Positions 1-9,888 of a stretch of 64,000 bases of DNA are shown in pieces. The notes under the pieces are model-generated. The model searched no databases. It had not been told where the DNA came from and saw only the letters and a list, made by a program, of their open reading frames with translations. The first letter of the stretch is position 1. Every line of letters starts with the position of its first letter. The translations under genes and the position numbers were made by a program. The stretch spans positions 7,080 to 71,079 of the forward strand of contig JAOABK010000001.1 of the NCBI GenBank assembly GCA_026418415.1, in the 5' to 3' direction. The stretch is from Pseudomonadota bacterium. Lineage in GTDB: Bacteria; CALINM01.

Positions 1-63
1 ACAGCCTGTGGAATTTGTGCCGAAATGTGTCCAGACGTTGTTATAGAAGTATGGAAGGAGTAG
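1..63 (+). CDS. C-terminal fragment of a 4Fe-4S ferredoxin-type (delta) subunit of 2-oxoacid:ferredoxin oxidoreductase (partial, runs off window start)
   Basis: Frame 1 reads TACGICAEMCPDVVIEVWKE*, the second Cys motif of a 4Fe-4S ferredoxin. The stop lies 3 nt before the alpha-subunit gene. Confidence 0.5.
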   Translation, partial: TACGICAEMCPDVVIEVWKE

Positions 64-66
64 ATA

Positions 67-1119
67 ATGGAAAAGCTTTTTTTAAGGGGAAGTGAATCTC
101 TTGCTTTGGGTGCGATTGATGCATCTTTAAAATTTTACGCAGGTTATCCAATAACACCACAAAACGATATTCCTGAATTTCTTTCAAAGGAGCTTCCTAA
201 AGTTGGTGGTAAATTTGTTCAGGCGGAAAGTGAAGTTGCTAAAATTAATATGCTTCTTGGTGCGAGTGCATGTGGTATAAGAGTCATGACATCCTCTTCA
301 AGTCCTGGTATTTCATTAATGCAAGAGGGTATATCTTATCTCGCTGGTTCGGAGTTACCAGCAGTGATCGTTAATGTAATGAGGTGGGGGCCTGGTTTAG
401 GTGGTATAGGTGCATCTCAGGGAGACTATCATCAGGCTACTAAAGGTGGTGGACATGGTGATTATTTTGTTCCAGTATTTGCTCCCTATTCGGCTCAAGA
501 AATGTATGATCTTATAATAAAAGCCTTTGATGTAGCAGATGAATATAGAACTCCTGCAATGATACTTGTAGATGTTATGATTAGCCTTATGAAAGAAAAA
601 GTTTTAAGAAGATATGATAAGGGTATTAAAGTTAAAGAAAAGAAGTGGGCTTTTGGTAGTAAGAAAGAAGGTGATCAAAAGATTATTAAATCTCTGTATT
701 TAAAAGGCAATGATTTAGAAAGGCATAACTGGAAACTTTATGAAAAATACCAAAAAATGTGTCAAAAAGAAGTATTGTATGAAGCTTATTTATGTGATGA
801 TGCAGAGATTATTCTTATAGGTTTTGGTATGATTGCTCGTATTGGTAAGAGTGCTGTAGATCTTGCGAGGGAGAGGGGGATTAAAGCAGGTCTCTTTAGA
901 CCAATATCTCTAATACCTTTTCCCGAAAGAGAATTAGAAAATCTCTCAACTAAATGTGAGAATTTTTTGGTTGTTGAGATGAATACAGGACAGATGGTTC
1001 ATGATATTAAAAGAGTCGTTGGGAAAGATCATAATATTGGATTCTATGGTAAACCAAGTAGTTATGCACCGAATCCAGAAGAGCTATATTTGAAGATAAA
1101 GGAGTATTTAGAAAAATGA
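67..1119 (+). CDS. 2-oxoacid:ferredoxin oxidoreductase, alpha subunit (KorA/PorA/VorA family)
   Basis: 350 aa. Conserved OFOR alpha motifs are present (GYPITP, GGIGASQGDY). It is followed by the beta and gamma subunits, with an ATGA overlap to the next gene. Confidence 0.9.
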   Translation: MEKLFLRGSESLALGAIDASLKFYAGYPITPQNDIPEFLSKELPKVGGKFVQAESEVAKINMLLGASACGIRVMTSSSSPGISLMQEGISYLAGSELPAVIVNVMRWGPGLGGIGASQGDYHQATKGGGHGDYFVPVFAPYSAQEMYDLIIKAFDVADEYRTPAMILVDVMISLMKEKVLRRYDKGIKVKEKKWAFGSKKEGDQKIIKSLYLKGNDLERHNWKLYEKYQKMCQKEVLYEAYLCDDAEIILIGFGMIARIGKSAVDLARERGIKAGLFRPISLIPFPERELENLSTKCENFLVVEMNTGQMVHDIKRVVGKDHNIGFYGKPSSYAPNPEELYLKIKEYLEK

Positions 1120-1868
1120 AAGTAGTATATAAGAAGCCAGAAGTATTGAAAAATATTAATTTTCATTTTTGTCCAGGTTGTCAACATGGGCTTGTGCACA
1201 AAATTATAGCTGAGGCTATAGACAACTTTGGTATAAAAGATAGATGTTTAGCAGTAATTGGTGTAGGATGCGGGGTTTTTTTATATGACTATTTTGATGT
1301 AGATTCGCTTGAGGCACCTCATGGAAGAGGTCTTGCAGTAGCAACAGGAGTTAAAAGAGCAAGACCTGAAAGGATAGTTTTCACCTATCAAGGTGATGGA
1401 GACTTAGCTGCAATTGGACTTGCAGAAACGGTACACGCTGCAAACAGAGGTGAGAATGTGTCTGTATTTTTTGTTAATAATACGATTTATGGTATGACTG
1501 GTGGACAGATGGCTCCGACAACTTTATTAGGACAAATTACCACCACATCTCCCTATGGGAGAGAGTTTCAAAGAGAAGGTTATCCAATAAGAATGGCAGA
1601 AATGCTCGCTACCTTAGAGGGTGTGGCCTTTTCAGCAAGAGTAGCTCTTTGTACTCCAAAACAGTTAATGGATGCGAAAAAGGCAGTTAAAAAAGCATTT
1701 CAGATGCAGATAGAAGGATTGGGTTTTTCTTTTGTAGAAATACTATCTTCATGTCCTACTAATTGGAATATGCAGTCACTCGATGCAATTAAAAGGGTAG
1801 AAGAAGAGATGATACCCTTTTTTCCTCTTGGTATTTATAAAGAAAGGAGAGTGTCGGATGTCCTCTAA
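1116..1868 (+). CDS. 2-oxoacid:ferredoxin oxidoreductase, beta subunit (TPP-binding)
   Basis: 250 aa. N-terminal CPGCQHG Cys motif and the TPP-binding signature GDGD...N are present. The gene is translationally coupled to the alpha subunit. Confidence 0.9.
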   Translation: MKVVYKKPEVLKNINFHFCPGCQHGLVHKIIAEAIDNFGIKDRCLAVIGVGCGVFLYDYFDVDSLEAPHGRGLAVATGVKRARPERIVFTYQGDGDLAAIGLAETVHAANRGENVSVFFVNNTIYGMTGGQMAPTTLLGQITTTSPYGREFQREGYPIRMAEMLATLEGVAFSARVALCTPKQLMDAKKAVKKAFQMQIEGLGFSFVEILSSCPTNWNMQSLDAIKRVEEEMIPFFPLGIYKERRVSDVL

Positions 1869-2427
1869 ATATTATTTTGATTTTGTCTTTTCTGGTTTTG
1901 GTGGACAGGGAATTCTAATCGCAGGAAATCTCTTGTGTTATTCAGCAATACTTGAAAATAGAGAGGTTACCTTTTTCCCATCCTATGGTGTAGAGATGAG
2001 GGGTGGATCTGCAAACTGTTATGTGGTTCTTTCAGATAGTCAGATCGGTTCACCCATTCCTTCTCATCCAATGGGTAGTATAATTATGAGCACCCCTGCA
2101 TTAATAAGATTTTTACCCATCATCAAAAATAATGGTTTGGTACTTATAAACAGCGATATTATTTCAACTGACGATATTAACAGAAAAGACTTAGATATTA
2201 GATTAATTCCTGCGAACAAATTGTCTATAGATGTTATCGGTAATGAAAGATTGGCAAATATGGTGATGTTAGGATATCTTGTATCAGCAACAAAATGTGT
2301 TAAGATCGAGAGCCTTGTCAAATCAATAAAAGAAGTGGTAAGTGAAAAACATAAAAAGTTGATCCCTTTAAATGAGAAAGCAATCTTAGCAGGTGCTGAG
2401 TTGTTTGAAAAAGATAAGAGGTGCTGA
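1858..2427 (+). CDS. 2-oxoacid:ferredoxin oxidoreductase, gamma subunit
   Basis: Gamma-subunit motif FSGFGGQGIL is present. The track ORF starts at TTG 1828, but ATG 1858 preceded by AAAGGAGAG is the likelier start. Confidence 0.85.
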   Translation: MSSKYYFDFVFSGFGGQGILIAGNLLCYSAILENREVTFFPSYGVEMRGGSANCYVVLSDSQIGSPIPSHPMGSIIMSTPALIRFLPIIKNNGLVLINSDIISTDDINRKDLDIRLIPANKLSIDVIGNERLANMVMLGYLVSATKCVKIESLVKSIKEVVSEKHKKLIPLNEKAILAGAELFEKDKRC

Positions 2428-2429
2428 AG

Positions 2430-3014
2430 ATGAAAAAACAAGAAATTTTAAGTATAGGTAAGAAAATAAAAGAGATAAGAGAGAAGAAAAATTTAAGCTT
2501 AAAAGATTTATCTAATCGCACGGGTTATTCAGAGTCAGTTCTATCTCAAATAGAGAATCATTTTATTTCGCCACCATTAGGGGCACTTTTGAATATTGCG
2601 AAAGGATTAGAGATAAGTGTTGGACAACTTCTTGGCGAAAGTAAAGAAGAACCATTTGTTATTGTTAAAAGGGGAAGTGAAGTTTCTGTCTCGAGGGTTG
2701 CTTCTAAAGAGGGAGTTAGTTATGGATATACATATAAATCTTTAGGTATTGGAAAAAAAGATAGACATTTTGAACCTTTTTTAATAACATTAGAGCCCAC
2801 TTCAATAAAGCATGAGGGGCTTTCTAAACACGATGGACAGGAATTTATTTATGTGCTTAATGGCAAGATGGAAGTCCAGTTGCTTGATTTTTCTGAAGTT
2901 TTAGAAGCAGGGGATAGCATTTTTTATGATTCTACAATTCCTCATAGAGTTTCATGCCATGGAGATAAGCAGGCTGTAATACTGGCAGTAATCTGGAGTC
3001 CAGATGGTAAATAA
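2430..3014 (+). CDS. XRE-family HTH transcriptional regulator with C-terminal cupin domain
   Basis: N-terminal HTH (LSLKDLSNRTGYSESVLSQIEN) and a C-terminal cupin fold (GQEFIYVLNGKMEV...IPHR). ATG 2430 lies 9 nt downstream of an AGAGG. Confidence 0.75.
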   Translation: MKKQEILSIGKKIKEIREKKNLSLKDLSNRTGYSESVLSQIENHFISPPLGALLNIAKGLEISVGQLLGESKEEPFVIVKRGSEVSVSRVASKEGVSYGYTYKSLGIGKKDRHFEPFLITLEPTSIKHEGLSKHDGQEFIYVLNGKMEVQLLDFSEVLEAGDSIFYDSTIPHRVSCHGDKQAVILAVIWSPDGK

Positions 3015-4182
3015 CAATTCATTAGAGATTGAAAGGAGAATAGAAAATTTAAAGAAAATAATAGAAGAAAGAGATTTAAGTGCGGTTATTTTAATTCAAA
3101 ATGTTAGCCTTTATTATTATACAAACACAATACAATTAGGGGTTCTTGTTGTTGGTATAGATTTCGAACCAGTTTATTTTGTTAAGAGAGATTATGAGAG
3201 GGCGAAAGAAGAATCTCCAATAAAAAATATTTTTAAAATAAACAGTTTCAAAGAGATAACTAATTATCTTAATCTTGAATCAAAAAAAATTGGTCTTGAA
3301 TTAGATGTATTACCATATAACCAATATTTAAGGTTTAAAGAAGTTTGCAAAGACGCTATTTTTATAGATATCTCGATGGACTTAAGAAAATTAAGGATGG
3401 TTAAAAGCGATTATGAAATCAGTAAAATGAAACAAGCTGGTATATTATTAGAAGAAACTATTAAAGAGGTTAGTAGTTATATAAAAGAAGGGATTACTGA
3501 ATGGGATATTGCCTGTGAAATGGAGTATATAGCAAGAAAAAAAGGCCATATGGGACCTGTTAGGATGCGGGCTTTTAATCAGGAGATGTATTTTGGCCAT
3601 TTTCTGGCAGGAGAGAGTGCTTTTACTTTATCTTATGTTGATTCACCGACTGCTGGAAAGGGACAGGGTGGATTTTTTCCCCAAGGGGCAAGCAAAAAAA
3701 AATTAAAAGAAGGCGATATTTTAAGCATTGATTTTGTCTTTGTTTATGAAGGTTACATGGTAGATCAAACAAGAGTTTTTAGTATTGGTGAGCCTAATAA
3801 AGAAGTAAAGAGGATCATGAGGACAGCTAAGGATTTAAAAGAAATGTTAGAGCAAGATACAAGGCAAGGTATTACTTGTGATGATCTGTTCGAAAAAACA
3901 TATAATATTGTAAAAGAGAATAAGTTAGAAGATATTTTTATGGGTATTGGTGATAGAAAAACAAATTACATAGGCCATGGAATAGGTCTTGAGTTAGACG
4001 AATTACCTGTGATTACAAAGGGCGTAAGTGATAAATTAGATATAAATGTAGCTTTTGCTTATGAACCAAAATTCTTTCTTAAACCCTTTGGATTGATAGG
4101 TTTTGAAAATAGCTATGTGATGAAAGAAGAAGGCCCTTTACTCTTGACAAAATTTTCTGAAGATATTCAAATAATATTATGA
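3004..4182 (+). CDS. Xaa-Pro aminopeptidase / M24 family metallopeptidase
   Basis: 392 aa. Creatinase-like N-terminal domain and an M24 core with the metal-ligand motif HGIGLELDELP. Confidence 0.85.
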   Translation: MVNNNSLEIERRIENLKKIIEERDLSAVILIQNVSLYYYTNTIQLGVLVVGIDFEPVYFVKRDYERAKEESPIKNIFKINSFKEITNYLNLESKKIGLELDVLPYNQYLRFKEVCKDAIFIDISMDLRKLRMVKSDYEISKMKQAGILLEETIKEVSSYIKEGITEWDIACEMEYIARKKGHMGPVRMRAFNQEMYFGHFLAGESAFTLSYVDSPTAGKGQGGFFPQGASKKKLKEGDILSIDFVFVYEGYMVDQTRVFSIGEPNKEVKRIMRTAKDLKEMLEQDTRQGITCDDLFEKTYNIVKENKLEDIFMGIGDRKTNYIGHGIGLELDELPVITKGVSDKLDINVAFAYEPKFFLKPFGLIGFENSYVMKEEGPLLLTKFSEDIQIIL

Positions 4183-4763
4183 CTAAAATTTTATTTATTT
4201 TAATATTTGTCTTATTTTCAAATCCAACCTTTGCAGATATTTATAAATACGAAGATGAACAAGGAGTAATTCATTTTACCGATACGCCAACACATAGTGG
4301 TTTTAAACTCTATCTAAGAACAGGTTTTTTTAACGTAAAGGACTATAAAGACTATTTTAAAAAATATGACCATATAATTTTTAAATATTCAAAGGAATTT
4401 GGGGTAGAATATCCACTTGTTAAAGCTGTGATAAGAGCAGAATCAGGTTATAATCCAAAAGCGGTATCACCAAAAGGAGCCATGGGTTTAATGCAACTAA
4501 TGCCAGAAACTGCAAGTTTGTTTGAATGTGAGAATCCTTTTGATCCTGAGAGCAATATAAGAACAGGCATTAAATATCTAAGTTATCTCTTGAATTATTT
4601 TAAAGGAAATATGGATTTAGCTCTTGCTGCATATAATGCGGGTCCTAAAAATGTAATTAAGTATAATTATTCAATACCTCCGTTTAATGAGACAAGAATG
4701 TATGTTAGAAAAGTAAAAGAGTTTTATAGATTTTATTCTCAAGAAGCAAGTAAAATAAATTGA
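4179..4763 (+). CDS. Lytic transglycosylase (SLT domain) with N-terminal DUF4124-like domain, secreted
   Basis: Signal peptide. SLT catalytic region AESGYNPKAVSPKGAMGLMQLMPETA and AYNAGP. Confidence 0.8.
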   Translation: MTKILFILIFVLFSNPTFADIYKYEDEQGVIHFTDTPTHSGFKLYLRTGFFNVKDYKDYFKKYDHIIFKYSKEFGVEYPLVKAVIRAESGYNPKAVSPKGAMGLMQLMPETASLFECENPFDPESNIRTGIKYLSYLLNYFKGNMDLALAAYNAGPKNVIKYNYSIPPFNETRMYVRKVKEFYRFYSQEASKIN

Positions 4764-4778
4764 TTTTAACCTAAAACT

Positions 4779-5339
4779 ATGTTAAATCTACCCAATTTAG
4801 TTACTTTTATAAGAATCTTATCAATACCATTTGTTGTATACTTTCTTTATCAACCTACTAAGGAAAAGTGTTTTTATGGTGCTATTATATTTCTATTCGC
4901 AGCTCTTACTGATTGGGTTGATGGTTATATGGCAAGGCAGATGAAAGAGGTAACTAATTTAGGTAAATTTTTAGATCCCCTTGCGGATAAATTGTTGGTT
5001 ACTTCTGCATTAATATTACTTCTCTATCATCAATGGGTTCCAGTTTGGGCAGTGTTGGTAATAATGATTAGAGAGATTATAGTTATGGGGCTTAGAGATA
5101 TCGCTGCTGTTCAAGGAGTTGTAGTTCCTGCTTCATTTACCGGTAAGATAAAGACTTTCTTGCAGATGATAGCAATATTTTTTCTATTGTTACATTATAG
5201 ATATCATATTGGTGAACCCTATTACATGACCCTTGATTTTCATTCTATTGGATATGATTTACTAGTGATTGCAGTTATTGCAACTGCTTGGTCTGGAATA
5301 GATTATATAATTAAGCTAAGAAAGTTTCTCATATCATAA
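4779..5339 (+). CDS. pgsA: CDP-diacylglycerol--glycerol-3-phosphate 3-phosphatidyltransferase
   Basis: CDP-alcohol phosphatidyltransferase signature DWVDGYMAR...GKFLDPLADK with multiple TM helices. Confidence 0.85.
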   Translation: MLNLPNLVTFIRILSIPFVVYFLYQPTKEKCFYGAIIFLFAALTDWVDGYMARQMKEVTNLGKFLDPLADKLLVTSALILLLYHQWVPVWAVLVIMIREIIVMGLRDIAAVQGVVVPASFTGKIKTFLQMIAIFFLLLHYRYHIGEPYYMTLDFHSIGYDLLVIAVIATAWSGIDYIIKLRKFLIS

Positions 5340-5996
5340 ATTTTTGTAACAAATTCTAATAAAATTTTCTACTTTTTCAGCAAGCTTGTAACTGAATTTG
5401 TTGATGTTATTTAAAAATTCTTGCTCAAAATTTTTTGATGATGAGTCAGTGATTACCTTCATAATAACCGCTTCTTTTTTGTTTTTTAGGCAGGTTTTTA
5501 ATACTGCAGTTCCTTCCCAGTCTGCAATTTGTATACCCATACTATGAAGGTAATTCTTTTTTTCTTCACTATCTGCATTGCTATCAGCTGAACCGAGCAC
5601 TGCTAAAGGTATATTTAATATATTGGTTTTGCTTAAGAAAAAGTTGTTAACAGGGATAGAAGGAGTTCCTTCACGAAGGCTTTTAAAGTCGTATTCTATG
5701 CATAAAGAAGCCAATAATACATCACCAAGTTTAAATTTAGGACAAATACCACCACAACTGCCAGCATTTACAATAAAATCTATATCATAATTTTCGATTA
5801 AATGTTGGGTGCACGATGAAGCTCTTACCTTTCCTAAACCAGACAATGTGAGAAAAACTTCGATATCATCTATATTACCTTTAAATGTTTTGTAGGGTTC
5901 TTCTCTGATTAAAATATAGTTCTTATCGAGAAAAGGCTTTGCTTCTTTTTTTAGAGCGAAAATTAGTCCAATTCTTTTATTTTTTAAGTTGAGCAT
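5334..5996 (-). CDS. Purine nucleoside phosphorylase-family protein (MTA/SAH nucleosidase- or futalosine hydrolase-like)
   Basis: 220 aa with a PNP_UDP_1-like fold (IGLIFALKKEAKPF ... VNAGSCGGI). It overlaps the upstream radical SAM gene by 20 nt. Confidence 0.55.
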   Translation of the reverse strand: MLNLKNKRIGLIFALKKEAKPFLDKNYILIREEPYKTFKGNIDDIEVFLTLSGLGKVRASSCTQHLIENYDIDFIVNAGSCGGICPKFKLGDVLLASLCIEYDFKSLREGTPSIPVNNFFLSKTNILNIPLAVLGSADSNADSEEKKNYLHSMGIQIADWEGTAVLKTCLKNKKEAVIMKVITDSSSKNFEQEFLNNINKFSYKLAEKVENFIRICYKNL

Positions 5997-7029
5997 CCAT
6001 TAACTCTTTAAGTTTTTTGCTATTCATATTTAAGTTAAAAACATCATGCCATACATCTTCATTTTCCATACAAAGATAGACAAAAACATCACCTGAAAAG
6101 GAACGTATAATTTCATAAATTTTTTTGTAAATTTCAGTACGTTTTTTTCTAAAATATCTTTTCTTCCCATCAAGTCCTAAGATAAATTCATTATCAAATA
6201 TTTTTGTTTTGTATATTGATTTGGATATATCTTTTAAGCGAGGTATAAATCTAAGCGTTCCGAGGCTTATCCATTTTATAGATTTAGGATCTAAATTTTT
6301 AAAAATAAGCTCAACAATTTCTTTGTAATCCTGTTCCCAATCTTCGTATTCAATTATTGGATCAAAATGCAGGCTTATTGGATATCCTTTTGATATTACC
6401 ATTTTTGCTAAGTCTATTCGTTCTTCTATGGATGAGGTACCAATTTCTTCATATTTGTTAATTTTTTTGCTATTCATGGACCAAGAGAAAATTATATTTT
6501 TGTGCTTTGTTTCCAAAAAACAATCTAATATATTCTTCCCCTTTGTTTTCAATTCGAGATAAATATCGCTATTTTTATTGAAAAACTCTATTAGCTTTTC
6601 TGCATACACACTAGCCCCTAATTCATACATGCTGTCTGAAAATTCTCCTGTTCCAATTCTTTTTATTTTCTTTGTCTTGGCAATCTCATTTAATTCTTTT
6701 ATCATGTCCTCTGTGTTTAAGTAGATCTTAATGTGTCTATCTTTAAAATAGGCATTTAAAATGCAGTAAGTACAGTTATAAGGGCAGTTTTCAACAGGAG
6801 ATAATACATAATAACCACAACAGATATATTTAGGCGTGCCGGGACAGGGCATTAAAAACCTTCCTTTATTTAATGTAAATATTACTGCTCTGTCTATCTC
6901 TTGAGGGACTTCTTTTATATCATTGATTATATTAAATTTTAATCCCCTACTGTTTAAAAAGGGTTTAGCTTTATGTAATGCATCATATGTTACAAAATAT
7001 TTCATAGGATATCGAAAATTTTCTCCCAA
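5977..7029 (-). CDS. Radical SAM protein, spore-photoproduct-lyase (SPL/COG1533) family
   Basis: 350 aa with a CPYNCTYC (CX3CX2C) cluster motif and an SPL-like TIM barrel. Confidence 0.6.
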   Translation of the reverse strand: MGENFRYPMKYFVTYDALHKAKPFLNSRGLKFNIINDIKEVPQEIDRAVIFTLNKGRFLMPCPGTPKYICCGYYVLSPVENCPYNCTYCILNAYFKDRHIKIYLNTEDMIKELNEIAKTKKIKRIGTGEFSDSMYELGASVYAEKLIEFFNKNSDIYLELKTKGKNILDCFLETKHKNIIFSWSMNSKKINKYEEIGTSSIEERIDLAKMVISKGYPISLHFDPIIEYEDWEQDYKEIVELIFKNLDPKSIKWISLGTLRFIPRLKDISKSIYKTKIFDNEFILGLDGKKRYFRKKRTEIYKKIYEIIRSFSGDVFVYLCMENEDVWHDVFNLNMNSKKLKELMDAQLKK

Positions 7030-7883
7030 AGGTCTTTTTTTTCATCCACATTTTTTAAAAGTTTTCTAATCCTATCATTAAGTTCTACATAGTTCTTGAA
7101 GAAGATTTCTATTTTCAGGTTTTTTGATTCAAAAAATGGTGTTTCAACAAGGTTTATTTTGGATGGTAAATTTATTTTCTTTTTGTTTTGATCAAACAAT
7201 CTTTTGGTCTTAGTATATTGAGGCAAACTCAAAGCTCTTATCGTTTCTACTAACAAGTCTCTATTCTTGATTTTTTCTATATTAGAAAAGACTTCTTTAT
7301 CACTTATTTCATTTTTCTCTTGTAAAAATTGAAAAAACTCTCTTTGCTGACTCTGAGTAAGTTTAAGCTCATCTATGATTTTTAAAAACTTAAACAGCAG
7401 AGAAGGTTCTAAGTTATTTAGTTTTGATGCTAAATCTAAGGGAATTATACTTCTTGCAATCATATCTTGAGCTTCATCAGGCAATGATAAAATTTGCTCA
7501 TTTTTTATAAATTCTTCAACATCAAGATTTGGAACCAGTTCTTTAAGATCGAAATATAATATAAATTTTGATAATTGAATCTTTTCTATTGGGTTAAAAG
7601 AATTCTCTCTAAAAAAGATTTTTAGAATGTTAATAAAATCTATAGGGTTTTGGAACATTATACCAAATATTTTTTCCTTTGATTCTATAAATTTTTTAAG
7701 TACTCTAAAATTATTTAGAGGATAAAGTTTTTTTTCATATTCTAAAAACATGAATTTAGATTGGTCGTAATGTAAAGTTTCATAAAATACAAGGAACTTT
7801 TTTGATGGTATGATTCTTTTTTTAGGTATAGATTTGGGTTTCATAGAATTTACAAAGTTCTTTGAGTTTGTTGGATTCATCAA
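7002..7883 (-). CDS. Hypothetical protein
   Basis: 293-aa ORF with AT-rich codon usage consistent with its neighbours. It overlaps both flanking genes in an operon arrangement. I recognise no domain. Confidence 0.4.
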   Translation of the reverse strand: MMNPTNSKNFVNSMKPKSIPKKRIIPSKKFLVFYETLHYDQSKFMFLEYEKKLYPLNNFRVLKKFIESKEKIFGIMFQNPIDFINILKIFFRENSFNPIEKIQLSKFILYFDLKELVPNLDVEEFIKNEQILSLPDEAQDMIARSIIPLDLASKLNNLEPSLLFKFLKIIDELKLTQSQQREFFQFLQEKNEISDKEVFSNIEKIKNRDLLVETIRALSLPQYTKTKRLFDQNKKKINLPSKINLVETPFFESKNLKIEIFFKNYVELNDRIRKLLKNVDEKKDLWEKIFDIL

Positions 7884-8685
7884 GGAAACCTCTTTTTTGA
7901 AGGCCCTTTATATATATATAACATTTTTGCTTAAGTTCTGATAGAGCCAATATTTTTTGTTCCTTTGAGAGATTGTTGGTTTTCAGTAGTTTTTCTATGC
8001 TATATATTCTATATTTATCAAGGCATTTAATAGTTTTGGATAATTGATCTTGATGACCACCTCGTTTTATTACCAACTTTTTATCTATCAAAAATATAGG
8101 GTATTTTGATGATATTCTGAGCCATAAATCATAATCTTCACAAGCAGGCAAAGTTTCGTCAAAACCTCCGAATTGTAAAAAGAAATTTTTTTTCATCATT
8201 ACTGCTGATGGTGAAACGATACATAATTTTAAGGCTTTTTCAAATATATAACCCGATATTTTTTTGTGTTTTTTATGAGGATTAACCCTGATTCCGTTTC
8301 TAATCCATAATTCGTCCGTTTGGCATATATCCCAGTTATTTTTGATCATTTCCTTTATTTGAATACTAAGTTTGTTTTTCAACCATAAGTCATCGGAATC
8401 TAAAAAAGCAATATATTCGCCCTTAGCAATTTCAACACCTCTGTTTCTTGCAAAAGATGGTCCTCGGTTTTTTTCTCCTTTTAAATAAAGTATGTTAAAT
8501 TTTTCATATATTTGCATTATTTTCTTGATAGTTTTTTCTGTATTGTCATTCGAAGCATCGTCATAAACAATAAGTTCAATATTTTTAAATGTCTGATTTA
8601 TAACAGAAAGCATCGATTCTTTTATAAAATTTTCCCTGTTAAATACTGGTATTATAACAGATATTAGTGGATAATTTTTTTTCAT
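7822..8685 (-). CDS. Glycosyltransferase family 2
   Basis: GT2 motifs are present: ISVIIPVFN, YDDASND and FLDSDD (DxD). The start is placed at the internal ATG (MKKNYPL). Confidence 0.8.
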   Translation of the reverse strand: MKKNYPLISVIIPVFNRENFIKESMLSVINQTFKNIELIVYDDASNDNTEKTIKKIMQIYEKFNILYLKGEKNRGPSFARNRGVEIAKGEYIAFLDSDDLWLKNKLSIQIKEMIKNNWDICQTDELWIRNGIRVNPHKKHKKISGYIFEKALKLCIVSPSAVMMKKNFFLQFGGFDETLPACEDYDLWLRISSKYPIFLIDKKLVIKRGGHQDQLSKTIKCLDKYRIYSIEKLLKTNNLSKEQKILALSELKQKCYIYIKGLQKRGFLDESNKLKELCKFYETQIYT

Positions 8686-8755
8686 ATTTTTATAATAACA
8701 TAGATTAATTTTTTTGACCATTTACTTGCTCATCTTTGGGGGAGAGATACATAGT

Positions 8756-9736
8756 ATGCACATTCTTCTTACCGGTGCAACCGGTTTTATCGGTAGTCAT
8801 GTATTAGAGATGCTGCTTAGGGAAGATTATAAGGTATCATGCCTCGTTAGGAAAAAGAGTAATCTCAGATGGATAGAAAATAAAAAAGATAAAATAACTC
8901 TAAAAGAGGGAGATTTTTTATATCCAGAGACTCTCGAAAAAGTAATGTACGACATAGATGTAGTAATACATATTGCCGGACTTCCTCATTCTGTTGATTG
9001 GCATAAATATTATCTTGTGAATTTCATAGGTACTAAAAACATTTTGCAGGCAAGTTTAAAAAGTGGAAAGGTAAAAAAATTTATTTACTTTTCAGGTCAA
9101 TCAGCATGTGGACCAGTTTCAAAAGGAGAAATACGGGATGAGAACATGCAATGTAAACCAGTTTCTCATTCTGGGAAAAGCAAACTACTATCAGAAGAAG
9201 AGATTTTAAAGTTTAAGGATAAGATGGATATTTTAATACTTAGGCCTACAATTGTTTATGGGCCGAGAGATTTCTATTTATTGCCAATTTTTAAATTGGC
9301 AAAGAATGGAGTTTTTATAACCCTTGGTAATCCAAACAGGGTGATTAATCTATGTTATATTGATGATATTGTTGAAATGTTATCGTTGCTTTTAAAGAGA
9401 GGTTTTAAATCAGGAGATATTTTCTTTCTCGGAGGAGAAAACTATCCCATATATGAAGTTAGAGACCTATTCTCTAAGGTATTTGGAAAAAAACTAAAGA
9501 ATATTAGTATTCCTGATAAATTTTTACCTATTTTGGGTTTTTTTTCTGAAATCTTTGGTAGGGTTTTTAAAAAAGATTACATGTTAAACCTTGACTTAGC
9601 CAAGGAAATGATTCAAGACAATTGGGCAGTTAGTATTGAAAAAATAAGCCAATTCCTTAACTACACACCATACACATCTTTAAAAATCGGCTTGCATAAG
9701 ACCTATGAATGGTACAAAAAAAATGGGTACCTATGA
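8756..9736 (+). CDS. NAD-dependent epimerase/dehydratase (SDR family)
   Basis: Rossmann motif TGATGFIGSH at the N-terminus. Start is ATG 8756, downstream of GGGGGAGAG. Confidence 0.8.
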   Translation: MHILLTGATGFIGSHVLEMLLREDYKVSCLVRKKSNLRWIENKKDKITLKEGDFLYPETLEKVMYDIDVVIHIAGLPHSVDWHKYYLVNFIGTKNILQASLKSGKVKKFIYFSGQSACGPVSKGEIRDENMQCKPVSHSGKSKLLSEEEILKFKDKMDILILRPTIVYGPRDFYLLPIFKLAKNGVFITLGNPNRVINLCYIDDIVEMLSLLLKRGFKSGDIFFLGGENYPIYEVRDLFSKVFGKKLKNISIPDKFLPILGFFSEIFGRVFKKDYMLNLDLAKEMIQDNWAVSIEKISQFLNYTPYTSLKIGLHKTYEWYKKNGYL

Positions 9737-9831
9737 GCTCTTAAGTTTTTCTTTGGGGTTTTATATATTCCCATAATATTAGATAGTTTAAGTTCTTGAA
9801 GAAAAGTGAAGTTTTGTTTTAGTAAAGTTTC

Positions 9832-9859
9832 TTGTAAATAGTTATTTATATGTTATAAT
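9832..9859 (+). promoter_or_regulatory. Putative sigma70 promoter: TTGTAA-N16-TATAAT with TGn extension
   Basis: The -35 TTGTAA lies at 9832-9837 and the -10 TATAAT at 9854-9859, preceded by TGT. It sits about 30 nt upstream of GTG 9889, which has a GGAGGA ribosome-binding site. Confidence 0.4.
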
Positions 9860-9888
9860 ACAATTAAAAATATAAGCATGGAGGAATT

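Noticed and set aside
2064-2521. Minus-strand ORFs (125 aa and 67 aa) antisense to the OFOR gamma subunit and the XRE-cupin regulator
   Set aside because: They lie entirely inside well-supported plus-strand genes. The sequence is low-complexity and Leu/Ser/Phe/Ile-rich, typical of AT-rich antisense shadow frames, and has no ribosome-binding site.
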